Assembly: GCA_018715685.1 (NCBI GenBank)
Contig: DVLC01000121.1
Span: 1-60,468, forward strand
Origin: Candidatus Cryptobacteroides merdipullorum
Lineage (GTDB): Bacteria > Bacteroidota > Bacteroidia > Bacteroidales > UBA932
Length of the DNA: 60,468 nucleotides
Reading direction: 5' to 3'
In this document: piece after piece, positions 49,828 to 60,258 of the stretch
How the letters are laid out: every line of letters begins with the position of its first letter
Position numbering within the stretch: the stretch's first letter is position 1
Made by a program: the position numbers and the translations under genes
The notes under the pieces: model-generated
The model's database searches: none
Told to the model about the DNA's origin: nothing
The model's input: only the letters and a program-made list of their open reading frames with translations

Positions 49828-51831
49828 TTACCTGGCGTCCTCGATCAGACCGCGGCCGAGCAGCATGGCGCGGGAGTCAGGCTCGCGCCCCATGAACTCC
49901 TTGTAAAGCACCATAGGCTCCTCCGAACCTCCTCTCTCGAGGAAGATCTTCCTGAACTTCTTCGACAGCTCCAGGTCCCAGATTCCGTTCGGAGAATTCT
50001 GGAACGCGCTGAAAGCATCCTTGTCGAGCACCTCGGCCCAGAGATAGCCATAATATCCCGCAGCGTAGCCGCTGGAGAAGATATGGTTGAAATAGGTGGT
50101 GCGGTAGCGGGGAGCTATCTCGGGAATCAGACCCATCTCGTCGCAAACCTGCTTCTCGAAGTCGGCGACGCTTATGCCGTCCACGCTCTCCAGCTCGTGC
50201 CACTTCATGTCGAGAATCGCGGCCGCGCAAAGCTCCGTGGTCATGAAGCCCTGGTTGAACTTCAGCGAATTGAGAATCTTGTGCACAAACTCGACAGGAA
50301 TCACCTCGCCTGCGGAATTCTTAGCGTACACCGCGAGCAGGTCGGGCTGGAACGCCCAGTTCTCATTGAACTGCGAGAACATCTCCACGAAGTCGCGCGT
50401 CACGTTGGTGCCGCTCACGGAAGGATAGGTGCACTTCGAGAGCAGCCCGTGCAGCGCATGGCCGAACTCGTGGAACACGGTCTGCACCTCGTCGATGTTC
50501 ATGTTCTCGGAAAGATTGCCCACATTCACGATGATCGGACGAACGTCGTTGCCGTCGGCGTCGACATACTGCTGGCGCACATTGTTCATCCACGCTCCTC
50601 CCCTCTTGCTGTCGCGCGGGAAGTAATCGGTCGTGAAGATGCCGATGAGCGAACCGTCAGCGTCGGTGATCTTGTAGGTGGCGACTTCGGGATTATAGAC
50701 AGGCACGCCCTCGAGCTTCTCGGCGTTGATGCCGTAAAGCGTCTGCGCGGCCCTGAAAATGCCCTCGCGCACATTGTTCACATTGAAATAGCTGCGGACC
50801 TCGTTCTCGTCGAGGTCATACCTGGCCTTGCGCACCTTCTCGGCATAGTACCACCAGTCCCAGGGCTCGATTTTCGAGCCCTCTGGAAGCAGTCCGGCCT
50901 TGACGTCCTCATCCATCAGAGCCTGCATGTCAGCCAGTTCCAGCTTGGCCTTGGCCACTGCCGCCTCCATGATGCCGTCCAGGAAGCCGTCAACCCTCTC
51001 GGGGGTGCCGGCCATCTTGTCGGCGAGAATGTACTGCGCGGGGTTGTCGTAACCAAGCAGCCTCGCCTTCTCGATGCGGAGCTTCATAACGTCGAGTATG
51101 AGCTGGTTGTTGTCGTACTCGTTGCCGTTGTTGCCACGCGAGGTGTAGGCCTCGTTGTACTGACGGCGCAGCTCCCTGTCCTCGGTGGTCGTCATCCTGG
51201 CGGGATACTCCGATACGCTGAAGCCGAACTTCGCCGCGAAAGCGTTGGACTCGGCGAGAATGTTGTTGCCTATCTGCTGGGTCTTGGTCGCCATCTCGGA
51301 GTTGATCTCGCGCAGGCGGGCCTGAGTCTCCTCGGGCAGGTCGATGCCGTTGCGCGTGAAGCCGTCGTAGTACTTCTTCAGCACTACCTGCTGTTCCCTC
51401 GTCAGCCCGGACTGATCCCCTTCGTAGATCGCCGCAATGCGGTTATACAGCGCCTTGTTGAAATTGATGTTGTCGCTGTGGCCGCTAAGCAGGGGGATGG
51501 CCTGTGACATGACCGCGTCGAGCGAGTCGCTGCGGTCAGTCTCGCTGACATTGTAGAGCACTCCGCTGACCTTCGAAAGAATCTCCCCGGAAAGCTCCAG
51601 AGGGACTATCGTGTTCTCGAAAGTAGGGGCGTCGGGATTGGAGGTGATGGCCTCGATCTCGGCGTTCTGCTGTTCAATGCCCTTCTGAATGGCGGGGATG
51701 TAATCCTCGACCGCTATCTCCTCGTAGGGAGGAATGCCGTAGGGAGTCTCCCACTCGACAAGAAAAGGATTCTTTTCACTGCAAGCCGCCATGACTAATG
51801 CGATGCTGATGATGGAAATGATTTTTTTCAT
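49828..51831 (-). CDS. M3 family metallopeptidase lipoprotein (Dcp-like)
   Basis: Lipobox MAAC, KRGGAWM, FHEFGHALH, DFVE, GYYGYLWAEVL. Confidence 0.93.
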   Translation of the reverse strand: MKKIISIISIALVMAACSEKNPFLVEWETPYGIPPYEEIAVEDYIPAIQKGIEQQNAEIEAITSNPDAPTFENTIVPLELSGEILSKVSGVLYNVSETDRSDSLDAVMSQAIPLLSGHSDNINFNKALYNRIAAIYEGDQSGLTREQQVVLKKYYDGFTRNGIDLPEETQARLREINSEMATKTQQIGNNILAESNAFAAKFGFSVSEYPARMTTTEDRELRRQYNEAYTSRGNNGNEYDNNQLILDVMKLRIEKARLLGYDNPAQYILADKMAGTPERVDGFLDGIMEAAVAKAKLELADMQALMDEDVKAGLLPEGSKIEPWDWWYYAEKVRKARYDLDENEVRSYFNVNNVREGIFRAAQTLYGINAEKLEGVPVYNPEVATYKITDADGSLIGIFTTDYFPRDSKRGGAWMNNVRQQYVDADGNDVRPIIVNVGNLSENMNIDEVQTVFHEFGHALHGLLSKCTYPSVSGTNVTRDFVEMFSQFNENWAFQPDLLAVYAKNSAGEVIPVEFVHKILNSLKFNQGFMTTELCAAAILDMKWHELESVDGISVADFEKQVCDEMGLIPEIAPRYRTTYFNHIFSSGYAAGYYGYLWAEVLDKDAFSAFQNSPNGIWDLELSKKFRKIFLERGGSEEPMVLYKEFMGREPDSRAMLLGRGLIEDAR

Positions 51832-51856
51832 GTTACTCGTTATATTCTAACAACCG

Positions 51857-52999
51857 TCATTGATTCACGGTAATATCCGTTATGTTGTTCACGGTCACCT
51901 GGATACGTCCCTGGTAGAGCGTAAGGATGCCCGTCACGTCGATGGTCTTGCGTCCGGCAAGCACCTCAGGGTCGATCTCGGTGTCGGCGAAACGGCAGTA
52001 GCCGCTGGTGCGTATCTGCACGCACTCTCCCTGGCCTCCGGGCTCCGTGGAGAAATACTGGCTGACGGAATAGGCGTTGCGGTCGATACCGTAGTAGCCA
52101 TCGCCGGAAATCGGGTCGAGCCTGTCCCTGTAGTCACCGACAGTGCCGTAGTTGTAATCGTTGGCGTTGCCTATCTCGACACCGTCCCAGATTCCCGACT
52201 GCAAATATGAGTCCATTTTTTCTTCGGACATGGCCCAGGTGGTGATTCCGGTATCCTCACCCGAGATGAAGATGCGGTTCGACGACGCCTTCTTGTCCTT
52301 GTTGGAGTCGATGTAGAGCAGGGCGAACGCCTCGTTCAGCTCTCCGGCCTTGTCGTAAGTGTAATCGACATAGCCGTAATGGAGGTTCTTGATGGTCACC
52401 AGCCTGCCGATATACTCATTTGTGCTCTGGGTGTCGCTCTCTCCGGGGAAATCGGCGACATCCAGCACTACCGGCTCAACCTCTCCTTCGACCTCACCCT
52501 TGAACACATGGGTGTCGATGATAATCGAGGACTCGATATACGAGGTTTCGTAGGTGTCATCCGTACCGTTGTTGAAACCTATCTGGACCATTCCGTTGCC
52601 GGAGCCGGACTTGTAGCCGTACATGCCGAGCTCGAGGTCGCGGCAGTCCACATAGATACGCTGGCCGGGCAGATAGTCGTTGTAGAGACCGTTCTTGCCG
52701 AGCTTGAGCTCTATGCCTCCCGTCTCGTCCTGGATATAGAAGCTCTTGTAGAAGTTGCCGTAGCGGTCCGTGGTACTCACGATACCGGAGATCACGATGT
52801 TCTCGTCTATGGTCCAGGGACGGCCGGTCTTGTACTTCGCCGCAAGCTCGGCGATCGTAGTATTAGCCTTCATGTCCACGGGCAGGTCGACCGCGGGTTT
52901 GTCGTATTCCCCGGTGAACACAGGCTGCCACTCTTCCTTGAAAGACTGGCAGGAGCTGAATGCCAGAAGCGCCGCTGCAAAAATCAATATCTTTTTCAT
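51857..52999 (-). CDS. DUF5689-type OB-fold lipoprotein
   Basis: Lipobox FSSC, NTTIAEL, GNFYKSFYIQDETGGIEL, RTSGYCRFA, TGILTLY. Confidence 0.78.
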   Translation of the reverse strand: MKKILIFAAALLAFSSCQSFKEEWQPVFTGEYDKPAVDLPVDMKANTTIAELAAKYKTGRPWTIDENIVISGIVSTTDRYGNFYKSFYIQDETGGIELKLGKNGLYNDYLPGQRIYVDCRDLELGMYGYKSGSGNGMVQIGFNNGTDDTYETSYIESSIIIDTHVFKGEVEGEVEPVVLDVADFPGESDTQSTNEYIGRLVTIKNLHYGYVDYTYDKAGELNEAFALLYIDSNKDKKASSNRIFISGEDTGITTWAMSEEKMDSYLQSGIWDGVEIGNANDYNYGTVGDYRDRLDPISGDGYYGIDRNAYSVSQYFSTEPGGQGECVQIRTSGYCRFADTEIDPEVLAGRKTIDVTGILTLYQGRIQVTVNNITDITVNQ

Positions 53000-53003
53000 A
53001 CTC

Positions 53004-55955
53004 TTAGAATCTGAAGTAGACGTTCAACATATAGTTCGCCCCGTACATGTAGAAATACTTGGGGTCGAAGCGGTAGTAGCGATCCTTGTTGTAGCTGCTG
53101 ATAAGACGGGTCTGCTCGTAGCCTCCGGTCTTGACGTTCCTGTTGTTCAGCAAGTTCTGCATGTTGAGAGAGAAGCCGAGCTGATAGTCGCCTATATACC
53201 AGCTCTTGCCTATGCTCAGGTTGAGCAGGAACGCGGGGTCGAATCTCTCCTGCTCGGTCATGTAGTACACCTCCTCGGGAGTGATCACGCCGTTGCCGCC
53301 GCCGCAGGCGAACGCCGTGCGGTAGAGAGGGTTCATGTCGAGATAGGAATTGGCGAAATACTGCCCGGTGAGCTCGAAGAACCAGTAGTTGATGTTGTAG
53401 TTGAGCCCGATCGCCGCGGCGAGCTGGGGAGTCGACGGCACATAGTGCTTCGTCTCACCCTCTATAATATAGTTGCCGTCGGCGTCCTGGTCATATACGA
53501 CGGTTCCGTCGTCGAGATAGCCTGCGACCTTATATATGGGTGTGCTCTTCCAGAACGGCACGTCCTCGTCGCGTATGATCTCGGCGTTGTTGTCGACGGT
53601 CTGCACCATGTGGGGGTTGCTCGTGTAGACATACTCGCCCCAGCTCAGAACGCCGCTGATGCTCAATCCCTCGACGAACAGAGGCACCTGCACTCCGAGC
53701 TCGATTCCCATGTGGCGCTGGTCGATGCCGGTCATCGCGAAGTTGGTGAACGAGTGCTGGGAGTCGTCGTAGAAGCTCATCACGTCGGTCTGGTCGTTGA
53801 TCTTGGTGTAGAAGCCCGTCACACGCACATTGTAGCCGCCGTTGTTGTACTGGTAGTTCACGTCGGAGGAGAAGGTCTTGACCGTGGTCAGACCGTCCAC
53901 CATGGTGTTGCGGGTACGCGCTGAGACGAACGACTGGCTGAAGGTAGGAGCGTCGTTGTAATAGGCGACGTTCGCTGAAACCCTGTGGCCGCCGGTCATC
54001 TCATAGGCGAGATTCAATTTGCCCGACCAGGTCAGGAACTGCGCCACGTCGGACTTGCCCTTCGAGGTCACGGGGTTGCCGTTCTTGTCGTAGGTCGTGA
54101 GCACGCGGCCGCCGTATTCCATGGGCTGTCCGTTGTCGTCAAGGCCTGCGAACAGACCCTTGCGCACGAGACCTTCCCTCCAGAACGTCTCGTAGCCCAC
54201 GCTTCCTGAAAGGCTGGCGCTGAAGGTGCCGAGGGTGTAGGTGCCGCTCGCCCAGAGGTTCGCACGGCGTATCTGCGCGAGATAGTCGTAGCCGTACTTG
54301 CCGCCGGTGGTTATACGCTCGGCTTCGCCGTTGGCGAGGAAGTAGTCGAGATCGTTCTGAATCAGTGCGGCGTTGGAAGCGAAGTCACGCTCGGCGAAGG
54401 AGTCGATGTTCAGGTAGTACTGGCCGCCGAGCAGGTCGTTCATGAGCTTGTAGTTCTCGGTGCGGTTGTACTTGAACTGGGCGCCGGCCCTGAGGTTGAA
54501 GTGGCGGTCGATGTCCCAGTCGATGCTGCCCACGAGGTTCACGTCGTTCTGGTCCACGCGTCTCTCCTCGAGAGCGTACTTGCTGCGACCCTCCGGGTTG
54601 GCGTAGTTGACATTGTAGAGCCTGTCCCAGTTGAGGTGCTGGTAATTGTAGTATTCGGGTGTGTGGTGGGTCCACGCGTACCTGGCCCACTCGGCCTTCT
54701 CGAAATTCACGCGGTTGTAGTCCTCATCCTCGATAAAGAAGTATGAGGGGAGGTTCTTGTAGTAGTCGGGACGGGGATCCTGCGCGTCGTACCAGTCGAG
54801 GGCGGTGTAGCCGTTGTAGCCGGTGCGGTAGAGCAGGGTCGCGGAAGCGCTGAAATCCTCGCTCGGCGTGTAGTCGTACTTCAGGGTCACGATAGGCTCA
54901 AAGGTCTTGCGCACGCGGGAGTTGCGGACCTTGCCGTTCTGGTAGCCCCAGTTGGAGTTGTACATGTTGTCGCCCATCAGATCATAGACCTCCTGGGTGG
55001 ACGCGTTCTGTGCGCCGCGGTTGCCCGGAGTCACGAAGGCGGTAAGAGAGAGCCTGTGGGCGTCATTGAAGCGCTTGCTGGCTCCGGCGTAGAATGCGAA
55101 CGAGCGGTAGTACAGACCTTCCACCCAGTCGTTGCCGCCCAGACGCGCGGAGGCGTTGAACGCATACGACCAGCCGTTGTCAAGTTCGCCGGAGGCGTAG
55201 GTCGCCATGAGGCGCAGACGGTAGAGCGCGGAGTTGGTCAGCAATGAGAAACGCCAGCCGGGACGCACGTCGTAAGGCTGGCCGGAGATATTGGTCAGGC
55301 CGTTGTAGCCGCTGATTCCGTAGGGAAGCTGCTCCAGTCCGAGAGTCGCGTCCTTCGAGCGCATGGCCTCGTTGAGTCCGCTCCAGAGAGAGAACGGGGT
55401 GTAGCCGGTGAGCGCATCGTTCATGGGCACTCCTGCGAGATACACATCCTGGGATTCGGAGGCGTAGCCCCTGTTCTTGAAACGTATGGCGCTGAAGCCG
55501 TAGCCTACCATGTCGGCGTAGACGTCATTGTTTGCGTAGAGAATGGTCGGGGCGTCGGAATACCCGGTGTCGTCGAGGTCGAACTCGGCGAAGCTCGAAG
55601 CGTCAAGCTCGCTGGCGAGCAGCGACTGGGTGGGTCCGAGAGTCACGAACATCAGATTGCGCACCAGACCCTGCTCGACCTTCACATTCACGCGCGCGGG
55701 AGTGTAGCCGTCGGCGGTGACATCGAGGACATAATTGCCGTCCGCGAGCTCCTCGAAGAGGAACTGGCCGTCGGCGGGAGTGGTGAACGAGGACAGGAGC
55801 GCGTCATTCTGCGAAAGTTCGACAGTCGCTCCCTGTATCGGGGCACGCCCGGCGCGGCTCACCACCGTCGCCTCGATGCCTCCGGTCGGAATCTGCGCCA
55901 TTGCGGCGAATGACAGCAGCGTGGCCGCCACCATTGACAGAATTGCCTTTTTCAT
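53004..55955 (-). CDS. TonB-dependent-receptor-like outer-membrane barrel with N-terminal carboxypeptidase-regulatory-like domain
   Basis: 983 aa, signal peptide, PIQGATVEL...DGQF...GNY, plug-like RGY...VYLAGVPMND, aromatic-rich beta strands, NLLN, C-terminal YFRF. Confidence 0.85.
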   Translation of the reverse strand: MKKAILSMVAATLLSFAAMAQIPTGGIEATVVSRAGRAPIQGATVELSQNDALLSSFTTPADGQFLFEELADGNYVLDVTADGYTPARVNVKVEQGLVRNLMFVTLGPTQSLLASELDASSFAEFDLDDTGYSDAPTILYANNDVYADMVGYGFSAIRFKNRGYASESQDVYLAGVPMNDALTGYTPFSLWSGLNEAMRSKDATLGLEQLPYGISGYNGLTNISGQPYDVRPGWRFSLLTNSALYRLRLMATYASGELDNGWSYAFNASARLGGNDWVEGLYYRSFAFYAGASKRFNDAHRLSLTAFVTPGNRGAQNASTQEVYDLMGDNMYNSNWGYQNGKVRNSRVRKTFEPIVTLKYDYTPSEDFSASATLLYRTGYNGYTALDWYDAQDPRPDYYKNLPSYFFIEDEDYNRVNFEKAEWARYAWTHHTPEYYNYQHLNWDRLYNVNYANPEGRSKYALEERRVDQNDVNLVGSIDWDIDRHFNLRAGAQFKYNRTENYKLMNDLLGGQYYLNIDSFAERDFASNAALIQNDLDYFLANGEAERITTGGKYGYDYLAQIRRANLWASGTYTLGTFSASLSGSVGYETFWREGLVRKGLFAGLDDNGQPMEYGGRVLTTYDKNGNPVTSKGKSDVAQFLTWSGKLNLAYEMTGGHRVSANVAYYNDAPTFSQSFVSARTRNTMVDGLTTVKTFSSDVNYQYNNGGYNVRVTGFYTKINDQTDVMSFYDDSQHSFTNFAMTGIDQRHMGIELGVQVPLFVEGLSISGVLSWGEYVYTSNPHMVQTVDNNAEIIRDEDVPFWKSTPIYKVAGYLDDGTVVYDQDADGNYIIEGETKHYVPSTPQLAAAIGLNYNINYWFFELTGQYFANSYLDMNPLYRTAFACGGGNGVITPEEVYYMTEQERFDPAFLLNLSIGKSWYIGDYQLGFSLNMQNLLNNRNVKTGGYEQTRLISSYNKDRYYRFDPKYFYMYGANYMLNVYFRF

Positions 55956-55956
55956 C

Positions 55957-57021
55957 TTATTTTCCGATTACGATATAAGTTGGATAATGGTCGGAGTAAC
56001 CCCCGACGAACGCTCCGTTGGAGAAGGTGCGGAAGGGGGTACCCTTGTACTGACCGCTCTGCTGGGTCATGAACGCTTTCTTGAACACGCGGCCGTAGTA
56101 GTCATGCCTCTTGTTGATGCAGCGTATCTTCAGACCGCCGTCCGGCGCGGTAGCGAGGTTGTAGTCCACGAGGATGTTGTCGTAGATGTTCCACACGCCG
56201 CGGTATGCAAGCGAACCGTAGCCGTCGGCGAGCATGTCGATGAAGGGGGAATAGAAGTCCTCCGGTCCCATCTCGGCGATTTCGGCCTTGCTGTGCATCC
56301 ACTTGACCATGCTCTCGTCGGTCGGGTTGTCGTTCATGTCACCCATGACCACCACCTTGATATAGGGATACTCCTCCTTGAGCTGCTGCACATGGTTGTA
56401 GATGATCTCGGCTCCGCGGGGGCGCAGGTCGGCACCCTTGCCGCCTACTCTCGAAGGCAGGTGGGTCACATAGACCGCGATGTCCTCGCCGTCGATCTCG
56501 CCGTGGACCATCAGGATGTCACGGGTCTTGAAAGCCTTCTGCTCCTCCTCGTCGAGCGTGAACTCTATCCCGCTGTCCTCGAAGGTGAAGGGAATCGATT
56601 CGCTGTCGATGTAGGTGAACTGGTCGGGTCTGTAGAGCAGGGCCACGTCGATGCCTCGGGCGTCGGGGCTGTCGTAGTGCACTATCTGGTAGTTCGCCCC
56701 CGCAAGCTCGGGCTGGCTCACGAGATCCTCAAGCACGAGCCTGTTCTCCACCTCGCTGATGCCGAGCAGAGTATGGTATACTCCGTTTTCGTCCTTCATC
56801 GCGTTGATCACGCGGGCTATGTTGGCAAGCTTCTTCTCGTACTTGGGCTGGGTCCAGTTGTTCCTGCCCTCGGGAAGGAACTCCTCGTCGTTCTTGACGG
56901 GGTCGTCGTAGATGTCGAAGAGATTCTCGACATTGTAGAACCCTATGACATAGTTCTGCTTCTGGGCGAAGGACGATACGCCGAGCAGAAGGAAGAGTGT
57001 CAACAGAAATATCTTTTTCAT
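55957..57021 (-). CDS. Secreted endonuclease/exonuclease/phosphatase (DNase I-like) protein
   Basis: Signal peptide, FYNVENLFD, EVEN, HLPSR, GDMND, YDNILV, SDHYP. Confidence 0.92.
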   Translation of the reverse strand: MKKIFLLTLFLLLGVSSFAQKQNYVIGFYNVENLFDIYDDPVKNDEEFLPEGRNNWTQPKYEKKLANIARVINAMKDENGVYHTLLGISEVENRLVLEDLVSQPELAGANYQIVHYDSPDARGIDVALLYRPDQFTYIDSESIPFTFEDSGIEFTLDEEEQKAFKTRDILMVHGEIDGEDIAVYVTHLPSRVGGKGADLRPRGAEIIYNHVQQLKEEYPYIKVVVMGDMNDNPTDESMVKWMHSKAEIAEMGPEDFYSPFIDMLADGYGSLAYRGVWNIYDNILVDYNLATAPDGGLKIRCINKRHDYYGRVFKKAFMTQQSGQYKGTPFRTFSNGAFVGGYSDHYPTYIVIGK

Positions 57022-57039
57022 TGCAAGTTAAAATATTGT

Positions 57040-58206
57040 TCAGTACCACCAGTCATCCACGTCGGACTCGACCCTGGCCGCCCACTCTTCCCCTATCTTG
57101 CGCGGGAGGTTGACGAAGAAGTCGTAGCCGAGCCTGTCCTCAAGTTCGTCGATGGTCATAGACTGGTTCATTATGTCATTGTTGTAGCTCCGATGCTCGA
57201 AATAGAAGGCTATTCCTACATATCCGCCGGTGCCTATGGAGCCCCCCTTCTTGTAGCCGAGCAGGGCCTTGAAGTAGCCTTCCGGCACGGTGCACGCGGC
57301 ACCGTTGTTGTCGTAGGCGACTTTGGTCGCACCATGGATGTCGGCGCCGGTCACGACATAGAGGGTGTCGAGCGAATATGACCAATTGCGAATCTGAGTT
57401 TCCAGATCCGCCCATTTCTTCTGGTTGAGACTGCCGAGCTGCGGAGTCATGTTGGTGAAATAGAAAGTGGTCTCGTTGATGCCGCTGCCGTACCTGTCGG
57501 CCGAAGGCAGCTGATGACCGCGGTCATATCCCCCGTCGTAGCCTCTGAAAAGCACCGGCTGATACCTCGCGGGCACCTTGGGGTCATAGCCCCACTCATC
57601 GGTGCGCCCGCCGCTGCCGATCAGACCTCTGTTGAGCGGATAGGCCACCCATACGGCGAGCCTGTCATCGGGGCTGTAGTAGTAGGAATAGTTGCGTATG
57701 GTCTTGCCACCCCGCTCCATGTCATGAGTGATGAAATAGAGGTTCTCGTCGTCGGTCGCGGGCAGCTCCAGCCATTCGCCGGGGATGTCGGACTTGATTT
57801 CCGACGAACCGCCGCCACCTCCCGAGCCGGAAGTCCCGTTCTGGGTGAATGTCGCGGACACGGTCCTGGCTCCGGCCGAAAGTGTCAGCGTGCAGCTGCG
57901 GGAATCTTCCGAAGCATTCCTGTCCCACGAAAGCACGATGTCGGACCTGCGGCCCTCGCCGGATTCAGTGTCGACACGCGCCCACGCCTCCTCCGTCTCT
58001 CCGAAATCAATCGAGAGCGTCCATGCACCTTCGGCGTCGACGGTCACGAACTGGCTCGCAGCCTTTGTCGGGACCGGATTCAAGGGAATCGAGAGCTCCG
58101 CCTCTCGGGAAGTTACGGTCTCCTCCGGCTTTACGCAGGAAGAGACCGCAAGTACGATGGCTGCCGAGAGCAGCGTGAGGGTCTTGAAAGTTCTATTCAG
58201 CCGCAA
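57040..58206 (-). CDS. BACON-domain lipoprotein with DNA/RNA non-specific (beta-beta-alpha-Me) endonuclease
   Basis: Lipobox VSSC, BACON-like region, WVAYPL, DRGHQLPSADR, FTNMTPQ...LNQ..W..LE. TTG start overlaps the upstream gene. Confidence 0.92.
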   Translation of the reverse strand: MRLNRTFKTLTLLSAAIVLAVSSCVKPEETVTSREAELSIPLNPVPTKAASQFVTVDAEGAWTLSIDFGETEEAWARVDTESGEGRRSDIVLSWDRNASEDSRSCTLTLSAGARTVSATFTQNGTSGSGGGGGSSEIKSDIPGEWLELPATDDENLYFITHDMERGGKTIRNYSYYYSPDDRLAVWVAYPLNRGLIGSGGRTDEWGYDPKVPARYQPVLFRGYDGGYDRGHQLPSADRYGSGINETTFYFTNMTPQLGSLNQKKWADLETQIRNWSYSLDTLYVVTGADIHGATKVAYDNNGAACTVPEGYFKALLGYKKGGSIGTGGYVGIAFYFEHRSYNNDIMNQSMTIDELEDRLGYDFFVNLPRKIGEEWAARVESDVDDWWY

Positions 58207-60226
58207 TGTAAGTCACTTTTGACACTTCGATCAAACCGTTTCTGTCCTTGCTGGAAGCTGCACAGTCAAACGTCAGCTGATAGTACAGGTTTTCTGCCTG
58301 GACGCTCTCCGGGATGTCATAGACAAGGACGGTGTTCGTAGTCCATTCTCCTTCAGGCTCTATGTTCTCGCCGACCTGCCGAGTCATTCCGGCATCGGAA
58401 TATACTGCAAGATAAAGATCGTTCACATCGGCGGAGTCGAACCTGCTGCCGATTTCCACTTCAACGGAAGACAGTCTGGGCATCGCATCGTCAGTCTCGA
58501 TATATGCGACGGAAGCCGACTTGCGTCCACAGCGGACATAAGTCCAGTTCTTCCACTCGAAGTTGTTGAACGCGGTCATGGTGAAAGAATAGTCGCCGGA
58601 AATCGCAGTCCAGGGCTCGTCATAGCCGTTGACCTTGTTGTTCTCGCTGTTGTCGTCCGGGAAAGTCAGCACGACTGACCCGTCCGGCAGCGGCTCCGGC
58701 TCCACAGGTTCGCCTTCAACATGGGATTTGTAGATCGCAGGAATGTCGTTTCCGCCGCCCTGAGGCTGGCCATTGTACTCGTCCCTGAGGCTCCACAGAG
58801 TGACCGTATCGCCTACCTTGAGACCTATCTTGTTGAAAGACTGGTCATTCTTTCCTCCAGCCCAAGCCTGGACCATACCATAGATATATACGCTTCCAGT
58901 ATCGTCCCTGATAGTGAAATTTCCATATGCGTTGTTGCTGACTATGCTTATGATTTCTCCTGTCAGCTCATACCAGTCGTCATTGTTGACAGGCTTCTCC
59001 AGGAACTCGGCTATCGTGACAGGCGTAGCCGAAGCCGGCTCGGTCACAGGATCGCCGGGATCTTCTCCGCCCGTGCCGCCCTGTCCGTTCAGCGAATAGA
59101 TGCGGCTTCCTGTAGTGAACTCGTAAGTCTCGAAGAACCTGGTAAGCTGTCCTGCGACAACCACTTCGTCACCGACCTTTATCTGGTCTGCGGAAGTGAA
59201 CTTGTCTCCGTTGAGATAATAGCCTCTGAAAACTTCAAGTTCGGCATAGCCCTCGCCGTCGGAGATGCAGTATGTCGCATTTCCGAACTGATCGGTTTCA
59301 ACTTCTTCAATTGAGGTGATGGTGCCTTCGACATATACCTCGGGAGACAGATTGGGATTTTCATTGGTGCCGTAATACTGGTTTTCGTCGATATACTTGA
59401 AGGCGCCGGCAACATTGAAAGGATCCTCTACGGTACCGCTTCCTTCAGGCGTGCCGGGATTGTCGGAACCGCCGGCGGTAACTCCGTTGAGCGAATAGAT
59501 CTCGTTTCCCTGGGTGAGCTCATAGGTGTCGCTGAACTTGGTCAGCTCGCCCTTGACAATCACTTCGTCGCCAACCTTGAGCTGGTCGAGCGATGTAAAC
59601 CTTACGCCGCCGAGATAATATCCCCGGTACACCTCAAGCTCGCTGGCGGTCGTGCCGTCGTCGGAAATCTTGTAGGTTGCGTTTCCGAACTTCTCAGGGT
59701 TGAAGTCGGATTCGTCGATGCCAGTCGATACTATGCCCTTGACGTAGACTGTCTCGGACACATTGTCGTTGCCCGTCCATCCGTTCTCGTCAATCAGCCG
59801 GAGCGCGGTGGCCACGCTGTAGGGATGCTCGGCGGTGCCGTCCTCGACCAGATCCCCCAACTGGGTAATAGTCAGAGAAGCCCGTGCCATGGGGTTGCCG
59901 TAAATCTCCAAATCAGCCTTGCGGGTCGCACCTCCGGTATTTGACATGGCCTTTATCTTAATGGTCTGGGAGGAAGCGGAAGCCTTGCCGCTCGACGGAT
60001 TGATGCTGAGCCACTTCTGCACATCTTCATCATAACCGCGAAGCTCCCAGTCCACGGTTGCCGTAAGTTCGAGAGTATATTCCTCGCCGCCTTCGACGGG
60101 AATTTCCGCAGGCACGGTCGATGACTCTATGCTGATCTTTTCAGGTCCGAGATCCACCGGCTTTTCACAGGCAAAAAGCATCGTCAGAGATGCCGTCGCC
60201 AATGCGAATAAACTTTTATATTTCAT
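58193..60226 (-). CDS. Surface lipoprotein: BACON + three OB-fold-like repeats + C-terminal domain
   Basis: Lipobox LFAC. Repeats of GT...P..V...VYV.G...FGNATY.ISD...LEV.RG...KVGDEV.V.G...IYSLNG. Start MKYKS at 60226. Confidence 0.8.
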   Translation of the reverse strand: MKYKSLFALATASLTMLFACEKPVDLGPEKISIESSTVPAEIPVEGGEEYTLELTATVDWELRGYDEDVQKWLSINPSSGKASASSQTIKIKAMSNTGGATRKADLEIYGNPMARASLTITQLGDLVEDGTAEHPYSVATALRLIDENGWTGNDNVSETVYVKGIVSTGIDESDFNPEKFGNATYKISDDGTTASELEVYRGYYLGGVRFTSLDQLKVGDEVIVKGELTKFSDTYELTQGNEIYSLNGVTAGGSDNPGTPEGSGTVEDPFNVAGAFKYIDENQYYGTNENPNLSPEVYVEGTITSIEEVETDQFGNATYCISDGEGYAELEVFRGYYLNGDKFTSADQIKVGDEVVVAGQLTRFFETYEFTTGSRIYSLNGQGGTGGEDPGDPVTEPASATPVTIAEFLEKPVNNDDWYELTGEIISIVSNNAYGNFTIRDDTGSVYIYGMVQAWAGGKNDQSFNKIGLKVGDTVTLWSLRDEYNGQPQGGGNDIPAIYKSHVEGEPVEPEPLPDGSVVLTFPDDNSENNKVNGYDEPWTAISGDYSFTMTAFNNFEWKNWTYVRCGRKSASVAYIETDDAMPRLSSVEVEIGSRFDSADVNDLYLAVYSDAGMTRQVGENIEPEGEWTTNTVLVYDIPESVQAENLYYQLTFDCAASSKDRNGLIEVSKVTYIAAE

Positions 60227-60258
60227 AACCAAAAGATTAAAAATTGTTGCTTGTCCGA

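Noticed and set aside
11606-57381. Many long antisense ORFs (e.g. 11606-13399, 14029-15573, 45008-46954, 49630-51507, 55735-57381)
   Set aside because: Shadow ORFs opposite well-supported genes, expected from high GC3 codon bias. No recognisable motifs.
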